Notes: generated by a model not told the origin, from the sequence alone. A stretch of DNA of 64,000 nt from Hydrogenophaga sp. (GCF_051858985.1 NZ_JBHYGM010000003.1:161645-225644); one strand, 5' to 3'. Counted from the stretch's first letter, positions 48,462 through 57,751 are shown. Program-made: numbers and translations.

Positions 48462-50327
48462 TCAAGCCGGCATGCGCTCTTTGTAAAGATTCGTTGCAGG
48501 ATCGTGAGAAATGCCCAGCAGCTCGCAGGCCAGTGCCTCGGCCACCTTCAAGCCGTCCACCCCGGCCGACAGGATGCCGCCGGCGTATCCCGCGCCTTCG
48601 CCGGCCGGATAGAGACCACGGGTGTTCAGGCTCTGCAGGTCCGCGCCGCGCGTGATGCGCAGGGGTGAGGAGGTGCGTGTTTCCACGCCGGTCAGCACGG
48701 CGTCGGCCATGTCGTAGCCCTGGATCTTGCGACCGAACACCGGAATCGCCTCGCGCATGGCCTCGATGGCGTAGGCGGGCAGGGCGGGCGCGAGGTCGCC
48801 CAGCTTGACGCCCGGCTGGTAGGACGGTTCCACCGAGCCGAGCACGCTGGACGGCCGCAGCTGCAGGAAGTCGCCCACCAGTTGGCCCGGTGCGTCGTAG
48901 TTGCCACCGCCGAGCTGGTAGGCGCTCGCCTCCAGGGTGCGTTGGAGCACGATGCCGGCCAGGGGGTGCGCCTGCCCCTGCCGGGCGAGTGCCTCGGCCT
49001 GGCTGGCGTAGCGCGTGCCGTCGGCTTCGCCGAACGCCGCGGTCCAGTCGGGGAGGTGCTGCGGAAAGGACAGCGGGAAATCCGTGGGCTCGATGCCCAC
49101 CACCAACCCGGCATTGGCATTGCGCTCGTTGCGCGAGTACTGGCTCATGCCGTTGGTGACCACGCGTCCGGGCTCGGAGGTGGCGGCCACCACCATGCCG
49201 CCCGGGCACATGCAGAAGCTGTAGACGGCGCGCCCGTTCTTCGCGTGGTGCACCAGCTTGTAGTCGGCCGCGCCCAGCAGAGGGTGGCCGGCGTGGCGGC
49301 CCCAGCGCGCGCGATCGATCAAACCCTGCGGGTGCTCGATGCGAAAACCGATGGAGAACGGCTTGGCTTCCATGAACACGCCCGCGTCCCACAGGTGCGC
49401 AAAGGTATCGCGCGAACTGTGGCCGAGCGCCAGCACCACGCGCTGCACTGGCTGGTGGACGGACTCGCCGGTGTCCAGGCGCTTCACGTGCAGCCCGACC
49501 ACGCGTTGGCTGGCGCCTTCGCCAGCGAGCTCGAAACCCTGGACCTGGTGCTGGAAAAGGATCTCGCCGCCGAGGGCGATGATCTTCTCGCGCATGGCCT
49601 CGACCACGCGCACCAGCTTGAAGGTGCCGATGTGCGGGTGCGCGGTGTAGAGGATCTCGGGCGGTGCGCCGGCTTCCACGAACTCGTGCATCACCTTGCG
49701 GCCCAGGAAGCGCGGGTCCTTGATCTGGCTGTAGAGCTTGCCGTCGGAAAACAGGCCGGCACCGCCTTCGCCGTACTGCACGTTGCTTTCGGGATGGAGC
49801 ACGTGGCGGCGCCACAGCCCCCAGGTGTCCCTGGTGCGCTTGCGCACCGGTTTGCCACGCTCGAGCACGATGGGTTTGAGGCCCATCTGTGCCAGCGCCA
49901 GCGCCGCAAACAGGCCACAGGGACCGAGCCCGATCACCACCGGTCGATCGGCCTCATGGGCCGGCCATCCCGCCGGCGCCTCGCCGGGCGCGCGCCAGGC
50001 CATGTCCGGCGTCGGCTGCACATGCGGCATGCCCGCGTGTCGGGCCAGCAGAAGAGCTTCCTGCGCGGGATCGGTGAGTGCCACATCGACGATGTAGACC
50101 GCCAGCAGGTCGGCCTTGCGCGCGTCGAAGCTGCGCTTGAAGACATGAAGCTGCGCGATGGCGGTCGCTTCGATGCCGAGCGCGGTCGCCGCCAGCCGGT
50201 TCAGCGCGTCCACAGGATGCGGTGGTGGTTCCCGGTCGAGGTCGGTCTCCGCGGGCGCGTCGGCGGCGCGGCGGTGTTCGGCCGGCACTTCGGCCAGCGG
50301 CAGCTTGAGTTCGGAGAGGCGGATCAT
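48462..50327 (-). CDS. NAD(P)/FAD-dependent oxidoreductase (uncharacterised FAD-dependent dehydrogenase family)
   Basis: VIGLGPCGLFAA dinucleotide fold, NVQYGEGGAGLFSDGKL, SFCMCPGG, GVETRTSSP, PAGEGAGYAGGILSAGVDG. Confidence 0.9.
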   Translation of the reverse strand: MIRLSELKLPLAEVPAEHRRAADAPAETDLDREPPPHPVDALNRLAATALGIEATAIAQLHVFKRSFDARKADLLAVYIVDVALTDPAQEALLLARHAGMPHVQPTPDMAWRAPGEAPAGWPAHEADRPVVIGLGPCGLFAALALAQMGLKPIVLERGKPVRKRTRDTWGLWRRHVLHPESNVQYGEGGAGLFSDGKLYSQIKDPRFLGRKVMHEFVEAGAPPEILYTAHPHIGTFKLVRVVEAMREKIIALGGEILFQHQVQGFELAGEGASQRVVGLHVKRLDTGESVHQPVQRVVLALGHSSRDTFAHLWDAGVFMEAKPFSIGFRIEHPQGLIDRARWGRHAGHPLLGAADYKLVHHAKNGRAVYSFCMCPGGMVVAATSEPGRVVTNGMSQYSRNERNANAGLVVGIEPTDFPLSFPQHLPDWTAAFGEADGTRYASQAEALARQGQAHPLAGIVLQRTLEASAYQLGGGNYDAPGQLVGDFLQLRPSSVLGSVEPSYQPGVKLGDLAPALPAYAIEAMREAIPVFGRKIQGYDMADAVLTGVETRTSSPLRITRGADLQSLNTRGLYPAGEGAGYAGGILSAGVDGLKVAEALACELLGISHDPATNLYKERMPA

Positions 50328-50456
50328 GGGTCGTGGGGCTTGTGTTGATCAAGCAGATGACGAAGCCCCGGTATTGTCGTCAATGCCGAACCACCTGCAT
50401 TCAGCGATGGAAAAATAACCCGGGTAAAAAGATTAAATCCGGGTACAATCCGCCGC

Positions 50457-51026
50457 ATGAACCCATCCAGCCCGGCTTCCTGTACCGCCTTCCTGGGCGC
50501 AAGACGCGTGGCGTTCGGCACCTACCACGAGGTCGCCGACGCCCTGGCGGCGCTCGACCTTTCCGCGGGTGGTCTGCTCGTGTTCGATGACGCCACGGGT
50601 GCCCAGGTGGATCACCCCTGGCCTCGCGGGAGGGTCGAAAACCCGACGCCGGAAGATTCGGCGCCGGCCGCCGCACCGCAAGTGGGACGTCCGCGCATGG
50701 GCGTGGTGGCGCGCGAGGTGACGCTGCTGCCCCGCCATTGGGCATGGCTGGCCGAGCAACCGGGCGGAGCGTCCGCCGCCTTGAGGCGCCTGGTCGAGGA
50801 GGCCCGGCGCGTTCATGGGGATCGCGACGGCCAGCGGCTGGCCAAGGAACGCGCGTACCGGTGCATGAGCGCGCTGGCCGGTGGTTTCGCGGGATTCGAG
50901 GAAGCTTCCCGCGCGCTGTTTGCTCACGACGCCCAGGCCTTCTCCCAGCGCATCGCCCACTGGCCACCGGACGTGCAGGCGCACCTGGCCTGGCTCGCGC
51001 GCGACGCGTTCGCGCCCGACGCCTGA
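50457..51026 (+). CDS. DUF2239 family protein
   Basis: LLVFDDATGAQVD, GRPRMGVVAREVTLLPRHW.WL..QPGGASAALRRLVE, GFEEASRALFA. Confidence 0.88.
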   Translation: MNPSSPASCTAFLGARRVAFGTYHEVADALAALDLSAGGLLVFDDATGAQVDHPWPRGRVENPTPEDSAPAAAPQVGRPRMGVVAREVTLLPRHWAWLAEQPGGASAALRRLVEEARRVHGDRDGQRLAKERAYRCMSALAGGFAGFEEASRALFAHDAQAFSQRIAHWPPDVQAHLAWLARDAFAPDA

Positions 51027-51052
51027 CTTCAAGTTTCTTCCATCGGACTTCC

Positions 51053-52408
51053 ATGCAGAACCCACCCCAGCGCCCGCTCTGGCGCGTCTACCTCGTTTTT
51101 CTCGTGCCCATGGTGCTGTCCAACATCCTTCAGGGACTGTCGGGCACGATCAATGGCATCTACATCGGCCAGATGCTGGGCACGCACGCGCTGGCGGCGG
51201 TCTCGGGCATGTTTCCCATCGTGTTCTTCTTCATCTCGCTCGTCATCGGCATCGGTGCCGGTGCCTCGGTGCTGATCGGTCAGGCGTGGGGCGCCCGCGA
51301 GCCTGGCAAGGTGAAAGCCATCGCCGGCACGGCGCTGATGCTCGGCGCGATGATCGGCGTGGGAGCAGCGGTGCTGGGGGTGGTGTTCGCGCGGCCGGCC
51401 ATGCAGGCACTCGGCACGCCGCTGGACGTGATCGATGACGCTGTGGCGTATGCCCGCGTGATGCTGCTCATCATGCCGCTGCTGCTGGTGTTCATCCTCT
51501 TCACGCAACTCCTGCGCGGCGTGAGCGACACCGTCTCGCCACTGCTGGCGCTGATGCTGTCGACCACGCTGGGCCTGCTGCTCACGCCCGCGCTCATCAA
51601 GGGCTGGCTGGGCTTGCCGCCCCTGGGTATCCAGAGCGCGGCCTACGCGGGGCTGGTGTCGTACGCGGTGGCGTTGGGCTTCCTGGTGTGGCGGCTGCGC
51701 CGATTGGGCCATGTGCTGGCCTTCGACCGCGAACTGCTGGCTGCCCTCAAGCTGGACCGCGCCATCCTGGCCAAGGTGATGCGCATCGGCCTGCCGACCG
51801 GTCTGCAGATGGTCGTGCTCTCGTTGTCCGAACTGGTGATACTGGCGCTGGTGAACGGTCACGGATCGCAGGCCACCGCGGCGTATGGCGCGGTCACGCA
51901 GATCGTGAACTACGTGCAGTTCCCGGCGCTCTCCATCGCCATCACCGCATCCATCCTGGCCGCACAGTCCATCGGGGCAGGGCGCGTCGATCGCCTGGGC
52001 GCCATCCTGCGCACGGGCCTGTGGCTGAATGCCGCGCTCACGGGCGGGCTCGTCCTGCTGGGGTACGCGCTGTCGCACCTGCTGCTGGGCCTCTTCCTGA
52101 CCGAGCCCGATGTGCGCCTGCAGGCCGAGCACCTGCTGCACATCATGCTGTGGAGCATCCTCGTGTTCGGGTTCCAGGCCGTGGTGGGCGGCATCATGCG
52201 GGCCAGTGGTGTGGTGCTGGTGCCGATGGCGATCTCCATCTTCTGCATCGTCGCCATCCAGTTGCCGGCAGCCTATCTGCTCGACGCGCACCTGGGGCTG
52301 CCGGGCGTGTGGATCGCGTTCCCGGTGGCCTACGTGGCCATGCTGGTGCTGCAGACCGCCTACTACCGGATGGTGTGGCGCCACCGCAGGATCGAGCGGC
52401 TGGTCTGA
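51053..52408 (+). CDS. MATE family efflux transporter
   Basis: PMVLSNILQ, ASVLIGQAWGA, LRGVSDTVSPL, IGLPTG, G.GRVDR, GIMRASG; multiple TM segments. Confidence 0.92.
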   Translation: MQNPPQRPLWRVYLVFLVPMVLSNILQGLSGTINGIYIGQMLGTHALAAVSGMFPIVFFFISLVIGIGAGASVLIGQAWGAREPGKVKAIAGTALMLGAMIGVGAAVLGVVFARPAMQALGTPLDVIDDAVAYARVMLLIMPLLLVFILFTQLLRGVSDTVSPLLALMLSTTLGLLLTPALIKGWLGLPPLGIQSAAYAGLVSYAVALGFLVWRLRRLGHVLAFDRELLAALKLDRAILAKVMRIGLPTGLQMVVLSLSELVILALVNGHGSQATAAYGAVTQIVNYVQFPALSIAITASILAAQSIGAGRVDRLGAILRTGLWLNAALTGGLVLLGYALSHLLLGLFLTEPDVRLQAEHLLHIMLWSILVFGFQAVVGGIMRASGVVLVPMAISIFCIVAIQLPAAYLLDAHLGLPGVWIAFPVAYVAMLVLQTAYYRMVWRHRRIERLV

Positions 52409-52437
52409 GCGTCTGGGTGGCAGGGGATAATCGCGCC

Positions 52438-52787
52438 GTGAAGCGCACCAGGCCGTCGCTGGCACGACATCCCGAAAGGGTGTGCTGGAGGAACGTCCGG
52501 ACTGCACAGGACAGCGTAGGAGGTAACACCTCTCCACCGACAAGCCCGAAGAGTTCGCTCGACGGGCCCTAAGGTGAGGATCAGAGCAACAGAGACGAGC
52601 CGATTCAGTTCGGGTGAAACGGGCAATCTCTACGCGCAGCAATACCAAATAGGCCAGCGTTGACGTGGTTCCGCGGAGCTGGCGGGTAGGTAGCACCGAG
52701 CCAGGGAGCGATCCCCGGCCCAGATGAATGGCGGTCACATCCGGGGCAACCCGGATGCACAGAATCCGGCGTAACGGTGCGCTTCAC
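52438..52787 (+). ncRNA. rnpB: RNase P RNA, bacterial class A
   Basis: P1 ends GTGAAGCGCACC/GGTGCGCTTCAC; GAGGAACGTCCGG (52488), AGAGCAACAGAGA, GGTGAAACGG, GCAGCAA..CCAAATAGG, ACAGAATCCGGCGTA (52759); GATAAT -10 at 52426-31. Confidence 0.96.
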
Positions 52788-53476
52788 ACTTTTGGCTTCC
52801 CGCCGTTGCCTTGACCATTGGCGCCCGGTAGCGCATTGGCCACCGCCTCCAGTCCCGCGGTGTCCACGATCTGGATGCGACCGCGCTGGTAGTTCACCAA
52901 TCCCATCGCCTTCAGTTCCCTGGCGGCCAGCGTCACGCCGGCACGGCGCACACCCAGCATCTCGGCCAGATGGAGGTGCGTGAGCTGCATGTCGACCTGC
53001 TGCGATCGCGCGTGACTGAGCAGGATCCAGCGCGCCAGACGGGCCCGGATGTCCTGAAGCTGCGCGGCGGCTGCCAGCATGGCGACCTCCTGGGAAAAGC
53101 CCCAGAGGTAGTTGGCGAATACGCGGGTCATGCCCATGCGTCGGTTCGCGAGGCGGTGCATCGCCGCGCCTTCGGCGCGAAACGCGCCCCCGCCTTGTTG
53201 CACCAGCAGCGTGAGGCTGCCCGTGCCCATGCCGAACGCGAGCTGGAGTCCGACAGCACCTTCCCGGCCGGCCAGCCCGACGGCAAGCCCGCTGTCACCC
53301 TGTCGCACCACCAGTGCCACGCAGGCGCTGGTGAGGAAGTGGACATGGCCATCGTCCTGATCGGGCAACGACAGGACGTCGCCCGCGGTCAGCTCGACCG
53401 GCTCGCAGCGGCGCAGCAGCAGGCCTTGGTCGGCCGGCGGCAACTGCGCCACCAGGCCGTTGTGCAACAGGTTCAA
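52784..53476 (-). CDS. Crp/Fnr family transcriptional regulator
   Basis: N.L.AQLP N-terminus, VGLAGREGAVG, RLARWILL, HTH LTHLHLAEMLGVRRAGVT; TTG start behind GGGAG. Confidence 0.88.
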   Translation of the reverse strand: MNLLHNGLVAQLPPADQGLLLRRCEPVELTAGDVLSLPDQDDGHVHFLTSACVALVVRQGDSGLAVGLAGREGAVGLQLAFGMGTGSLTLLVQQGGGAFRAEGAAMHRLANRRMGMTRVFANYLWGFSQEVAMLAAAAQLQDIRARLARWILLSHARSQQVDMQLTHLHLAEMLGVRRAGVTLAARELKAMGLVNYQRGRIQIVDTAGLEAVANALPGANGQGNGGKPKV

Positions 53477-53653
53477 ACGAGCTCCCGTTCATGGTTGAAA
53501 GACAACACTGCGACGAGAGTTCATGGGCTAAGCCGCCAGCGCGAGCGGTCCTCGCGCCGGTGCAGTGTACGTGTCTGCGCCCAACTTCTCACGCAAAGGC
53601 CACCGGCGAAACCGGTTCAGCATTTCGCGCGCGCGTTGGCCTTCCGGCCCTTG

Positions 53654-53669
53654 TGTACGGTACCGAACA
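53654..53669. promoter_or_regulatory. Crp-like palindromic site between the divergent Crp genes
   Basis: TGTACG-GTAC-CGAACA; a second TGTACG half-site at 53566-71. Confidence 0.5.
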
Positions 53670-53755
53670 TTCAAGGATGGCTTTGCGCCTACACTGCTTC
53701 ACAGCCGGCACCGCCGCCACTGCATCCCCGATCGCCCCCGGGCGGGAGCCTGAAA

Positions 53756-54475
53756 TTGCCTGCCGATCACCCGACCAACCGGCTTCTTGCCGCCCTGTCG
53801 CGCGCCAGGGTCCCGCACTGGCATTCGCGCCTCGAGAAGGTCGAACTGGGTGTGCAACACCCTTTGCAGACACCCGGTGAGCCGATCGAGTTCGTGCACT
53901 TTCCGCAGGACGCACTGGTGGGGCTGCTGCACGTGGGCCCCGGTGGCGCCGCAGAAGCGCCGGTGGCGCTGGTGGGCAACGACGGCGTGGTGGGCGTGGC
54001 CCCTTTCCTGGGTGAGGTGCTTGAAGGCGTGCGGGCCGTGGTGCTGCACCCGGGCAGCGCCTGGCGCCTGCCCACCGCCGCACTGCGCGCCCAGCCGTCA
54101 GAGGGCGCGGTGATGCTGCATGTGGTGTTGCGATACCTGCAAGCGCTGAATGTCCAGATTTCGCAGGCCGCGCTGTGTCGGCTTCACCACACGGTGCCGC
54201 AGCGACTCTGCCGGTGGCTGCAGGACGCATTCGATCGCGTGCCCGGTGAGACGCTGGACATCGACGTGACGGCGCTGGGCGCCTGGCTGGACGCCGATGG
54301 CGAAGCCGTGCAGCAGGCCGCGAACCTGCTGGTCAGGGATGGTGTGATCCGCATGCAGCCGGGCCGCACCGTGCTGCTCGACCGCCCAGCGCTCGCGCTG
54401 CGCGCCTGCAATTGCCATGCCCTGGTCAAGCTCCAGGCCCAGCAACTTTTTCCTCAGGCCGACCGAGCCCTCTAG
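53756..54475 (+). CDS. Crp/Fnr family protein with divergent HTH
   Basis: TNRLLAALS, VHFPQDALV, VALVGNDGVVG, HHTVPQRLCRWL; TTG at 53756 behind GGGAG (53744-48). Confidence 0.8.
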   Translation: MPADHPTNRLLAALSRARVPHWHSRLEKVELGVQHPLQTPGEPIEFVHFPQDALVGLLHVGPGGAAEAPVALVGNDGVVGVAPFLGEVLEGVRAVVLHPGSAWRLPTAALRAQPSEGAVMLHVVLRYLQALNVQISQAALCRLHHTVPQRLCRWLQDAFDRVPGETLDIDVTALGAWLDADGEAVQQAANLLVRDGVIRMQPGRTVLLDRPALALRACNCHALVKLQAQQLFPQADRAL

Positions 54476-56193
54476 AGGTTGAAACCGCCCAGGCTCTGGA
54501 TGCGCTCCACGTGCGCCATCAGCGAGCGCTTGGCCACGGGCCACAGCCTTTCGGGCACGTCGTCGTAAGCGAGCTTCACCCAGTCGTCGGCCGAGCCTTC
54601 GGGCAGGGCCTGCAGCGCCTGGGCCACCTTGGCTTCGCGCTTGAGCCGGTGCGCCTTGAGTTGTGCGATCGCGGCGCGCGCCCCGCCGTCGACCGGAGCA
54701 GAAGGGTTGCCCTCGGTTCGCCGGAGGTCGCCCAGCACGTGCCCGTGCGCGGGCAGGATGAACTCGATGCAGTGGCGTTCGCAGGCGGCGTCGAGCTTGT
54801 CCAGCGAATCCAGATAGGCGCCCATGTTGCCGTCGGGTGGGTCGATGACCGTGGTGCTGCCGTTGAGGATGTGGTCGCCGGTGAACAGCAGGCCGTCTTC
54901 CACCAGCGCCAGGCACAGGTGGTTGGCGGCGTGGCCCGGGGTGTGCAGGACCTCCAGGGTGTGCGACACCATGCCCTCGCCCGACTGGCCCACCAGCACG
55001 ATCTGCTCGCCATCGGCCAGCGTGCGTTCCGGTGAAAAGCGGCTGTTCTCGCGCGCCGTGGCGGCGCTCGGAAGACCCAGGATGGGTGGCCGTGCCAGGC
55101 CGGCGTCGGTGCACAGGGCCTGCAGGCGCGGCGCGCCAGGGGAATGGTCGGGGTGCGAGTGGGTGCAGACGATGGCGTTGATGCGCCCTCCGGTCGCGCG
55201 CCACAGGCGTTCGATGTGTTCGGGTTCATCCGGGCCGGGATCGATCACCACGTGGCCGCTGGCCGGGTCGCCGACGATGTAGCTGTTGGTGCCGGGTCCG
55301 GTCATGTAGCCCGGGTTCGGCGCGGTCAGCCGCTGCACATTCTTCAGAAGCTGCACGGGTTGTTCGTGCTGCCAGTCCAGGCTGTGCACGATCTGGCCGT
55401 CCGGGCAGACCATGGCGAGTTCGCCGAACGGCGCTTCGTGCTCCATGTGGCGGGATTCGGCGCCGCGCGTGAGGCCCGCGCGCGGGCAACTCGTCCACAG
55501 CGGCTGATCGTTTTCCGCACAGGCCTGCAACACCGCCTGCACGCTGGCATAGGCCTGCAGTCGTTCCAGCGTGCGGATGGTGGGGAAGATGATGAAGAAG
55601 CCACCGGCCTTGTGCCGCTCCAGCGCATCGACCGGGCGCACCCAGCAGGGCTCGAACTGCTCGGCGTCGTCCGCCACCGGGGCCTGGCCCTCGGGCATGC
55701 GCGCCACGAGGAAAGGCACGTCGAAGCGGCGCGGCAGATCGCGGTCGGTGATCCAGTGGGCGAGCACGAACACCCCGGCGCCATCCAGCGTCAGGCCGCG
55801 GGCATGGCATTGCTCGGCGAAGGGGGCCTGGCGGTCCAGGGTGGCGATGTCGCTGTCGTCCACGGGCGATCCATCGGCGCGATGGGCGAGCAGCACGCCC
55901 AGTTCCTCGAAGCTCTCGCGGATGGCGGCGATCGCCTGCGTGAGGTGCAGGTCGCTCTGCGTGGGTCGGCGCGTGGCGATGGCGTGTGCCGCGGCATCGG
56001 CGGCGTCGATGCCACCACCGGGAAACACGTAGGCGCCGGGCGCGAAGCTGGCCGTCATGGAGCGGCGCGTCATGAGCACTTCGACGCCGGGGCGGGCCGG
56101 GTCGGTGCTGTCGCGCAGCAGCAGCACGGTGGCGGCGGGGCGAACGGCCACGCTGGGGCGGGAAGAATGCAGGAGTTGGGTGGGTCGGACCAT
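54472..56193 (-). CDS. Nudix hydrolase-MBL-fold metallohydrolase (LACTB2-like) fusion
   Basis: N-terminal RPAATVLLLRD, VFPGGGID, AAIRESFEELG, WIT...RRFDVPF; C-terminal APNPGYMTGPGTNSY, THSHPDH, HTPGH, GDH, PAHG. Confidence 0.9.
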   Translation of the reverse strand: MVRPTQLLHSSRPSVAVRPAATVLLLRDSTDPARPGVEVLMTRRSMTASFAPGAYVFPGGGIDAADAAAHAIATRRPTQSDLHLTQAIAAIRESFEELGVLLAHRADGSPVDDSDIATLDRQAPFAEQCHARGLTLDGAGVFVLAHWITDRDLPRRFDVPFLVARMPEGQAPVADDAEQFEPCWVRPVDALERHKAGGFFIIFPTIRTLERLQAYASVQAVLQACAENDQPLWTSCPRAGLTRGAESRHMEHEAPFGELAMVCPDGQIVHSLDWQHEQPVQLLKNVQRLTAPNPGYMTGPGTNSYIVGDPASGHVVIDPGPDEPEHIERLWRATGGRINAIVCTHSHPDHSPGAPRLQALCTDAGLARPPILGLPSAATARENSRFSPERTLADGEQIVLVGQSGEGMVSHTLEVLHTPGHAANHLCLALVEDGLLFTGDHILNGSTTVIDPPDGNMGAYLDSLDKLDAACERHCIEFILPAHGHVLGDLRRTEGNPSAPVDGGARAAIAQLKAHRLKREAKVAQALQALPEGSADDWVKLAYDDVPERLWPVAKRSLMAHVERIQSLGGFNL

Positions 56194-56242
56194 TTCCGCA
56201 TTTTGCGGCAAGGCGTCCTTGCTCGCCGGCACGCAAACAACG

Positions 56243-56302
56243 CCGTTCGCACCGAGCTTGTCGAAGTGCTCGCGAAGGCTTCGACAAGCTCAGCCCGAAC
56301 GG
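56243..56302. repeat. REP-like inverted-repeat doublet, same family as 20436-20737
   Basis: Left arm CCGTTCGCACCGAGCTTGTCGAAGTG (56243-68); right arm GGCTTCGACAAGCTCAGCCCGAACGG (56277-302) is the exact reverse complement of 20562-20587. Confidence 0.9.
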
Positions 56303-57045
56303 AGGGCGGGTGTGATGCCCAAAGAAGTCATTTCGGACGACAAGTTTTGCCAGGTGACGTCGAAGCCCGCTCGTTCGCGCGCGGGCGGCAGCGGCGCATT
56401 GCGCAGGGCCCAGTGCGCGCCTGCCAGCACGCTGTCGATCACGGGAATCGGTACGTCTGCCTGCACCGCCGCCGCCATGCCGGCCAGTCCAGCGCCGCCG
56501 AGAATGACGGCGTCCACGCCCAGTTGGCGCGAAGCATCCCGACAGGCCTGGGCGAGCAGGGCGCGTGCGGCCCCCGGGTCAGCGGCGAGTTGCGCGCCCG
56601 TGGGTGCCACGGTGTGGATGCCGGCGAGTTGCTGGGCCTGGCCGAGCGCCTGTGCCAGCCGTTGCAGCATGGGTCCCCATCGAACCCCACCGGTGACGAT
56701 GGCGTAGCGCCCGTGGCGCGCGGCTTCGATGAACGCCGCTTCCGCCAGACCGGTGACGGGCACCGGGCTGCTCTCGCGCAGCGCCATCAGGCCGGGGTCA
56801 CCGAAGCAGCCGATCAGCACGGCGTCGGGCCCACGGGCTTCGGTCACGAGATCGCAGGCCCAGGCGTCGAGCGTGGCGTGCGAGGCCACCGCGTAGCTGG
56901 CCTCGTCGGCGATGTAGGGCGAGCCAAAGCGGGCGGTGACGGTGCGAACGTTCACGTGAAGTCCAGCCGCCTGTTGCACATGGGCCTGCAGCAGCGCACT
57001 CACGCTGGCCGAGGTGTTGGGGTTGATGACCAGCAACTGCCGCAT
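56290..57045 (-). CDS. Aspartate/glutamate racemase family protein (hydantoin/allantoin racemase-like)
   Basis: LLVINPNTSASV, DAVLIGCFGDPG, PVTGLAEAA, VILGGAG, PVIDSV; second catalytic Cys position reads G (LGGAG, usually LGCAG). Confidence 0.88.
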   Translation of the reverse strand: MRQLLVINPNTSASVSALLQAHVQQAAGLHVNVRTVTARFGSPYIADEASYAVASHATLDAWACDLVTEARGPDAVLIGCFGDPGLMALRESSPVPVTGLAEAAFIEAARHGRYAIVTGGVRWGPMLQRLAQALGQAQQLAGIHTVAPTGAQLAADPGAARALLAQACRDASRQLGVDAVILGGAGLAGMAAAVQADVPIPVIDSVLAGAHWALRNAPLPPARERAGFDVTWQNLSSEMTSLGITPALRSG

Positions 57046-57046
57046 G

Positions 57047-57751
57047 TCAGGGCACGGGGGCGAACAGGCTCTCAAGGTCGGGCAGCTTGCCGCCAGGGGG
57101 CGAGAAGTCCAGCTCGGACTCCAGCCGGTCGAGGTGCTCGCGCATCAGGCGCGCGGCCTCTCGGGCATCGCGCAGGCGGATGGCCGCCAGCAGCGCGCGG
57201 TGCTCCACACAGCCACAGGCGGTGGCGTCGCGCCGCGCCTGGGCGTGGCTGCTGCTGTAGGTCATGAGGATGAGCGAGGTGCGCGAGACCATCTCACGCA
57301 GGATGCGACCCATGGTGTGCTGCCCGGCGCGGTCGGCGATGTGCAGGTGGAAGTCGCCCGAGAGCCGGATGGCGCGGCGCATCTCGCCGGCTTCGCGGGC
57401 GGCCTCCTCGTCGCGAATGCACTGGTTGAGCAGCTGGATGTCGTCGCGCTCTGCGCGGTCCACGAATCGCTCGACCAGCTGCGACTCGATCATGCGGCGC
57501 ACCTCGAACACCTCGCGCGCTTCCTGCTCGCTCGGCTGGGCGATGGTGGCACCGCGGTTGGGAGTGAGGGTGACGATCTGCTCGTTGGCCAGGCGAACGA
57601 GCACCGGGCGAATGAGCGTGCGCGACACGCCGAACGCGCTGGCCAGACGGTCTTCCACCAGTTTGGTGCCAGGCGGGAGTCGGTGGTCAAGGATGGCATC
57701 GACCACGCGTTCATAGATCGTCTGGTCCGAGCCCGCAGCCGCAGCGGTCAT
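57047..57751 (-). CDS. GntR family regulator (FCD domain)
   Basis: LPPGTKLVEDRLASAFGVSRTLIR, NRGA, SGDFHLHIA, EHRALLAAI; ATG at 57751. Confidence 0.92.
   Translation of the reverse strand: MTAAAAGSDQTIYERVVDAILDHRLPPGTKLVEDRLASAFGVSRTLIRPVLVRLANEQIVTLTPNRGATIAQPSEQEAREVFEVRRMIESQLVERFVDRAERDDIQLLNQCIRDEEAAREAGEMRRAIRLSGDFHLHIADRAGQHTMGRILREMVSRTSLILMTYSSSHAQARRDATACGCVEHRALLAAIRLRDAREAARLMREHLDRLESELDFSPPGGKLPDLESLFAPVP

Noticed and set aside
54472-54475. Overlapping convergent stops (CTAG) here, and abutting stops at 41414/41415, as antisense regulation
   Set aside because: Common in compact genomes; no further evidence.
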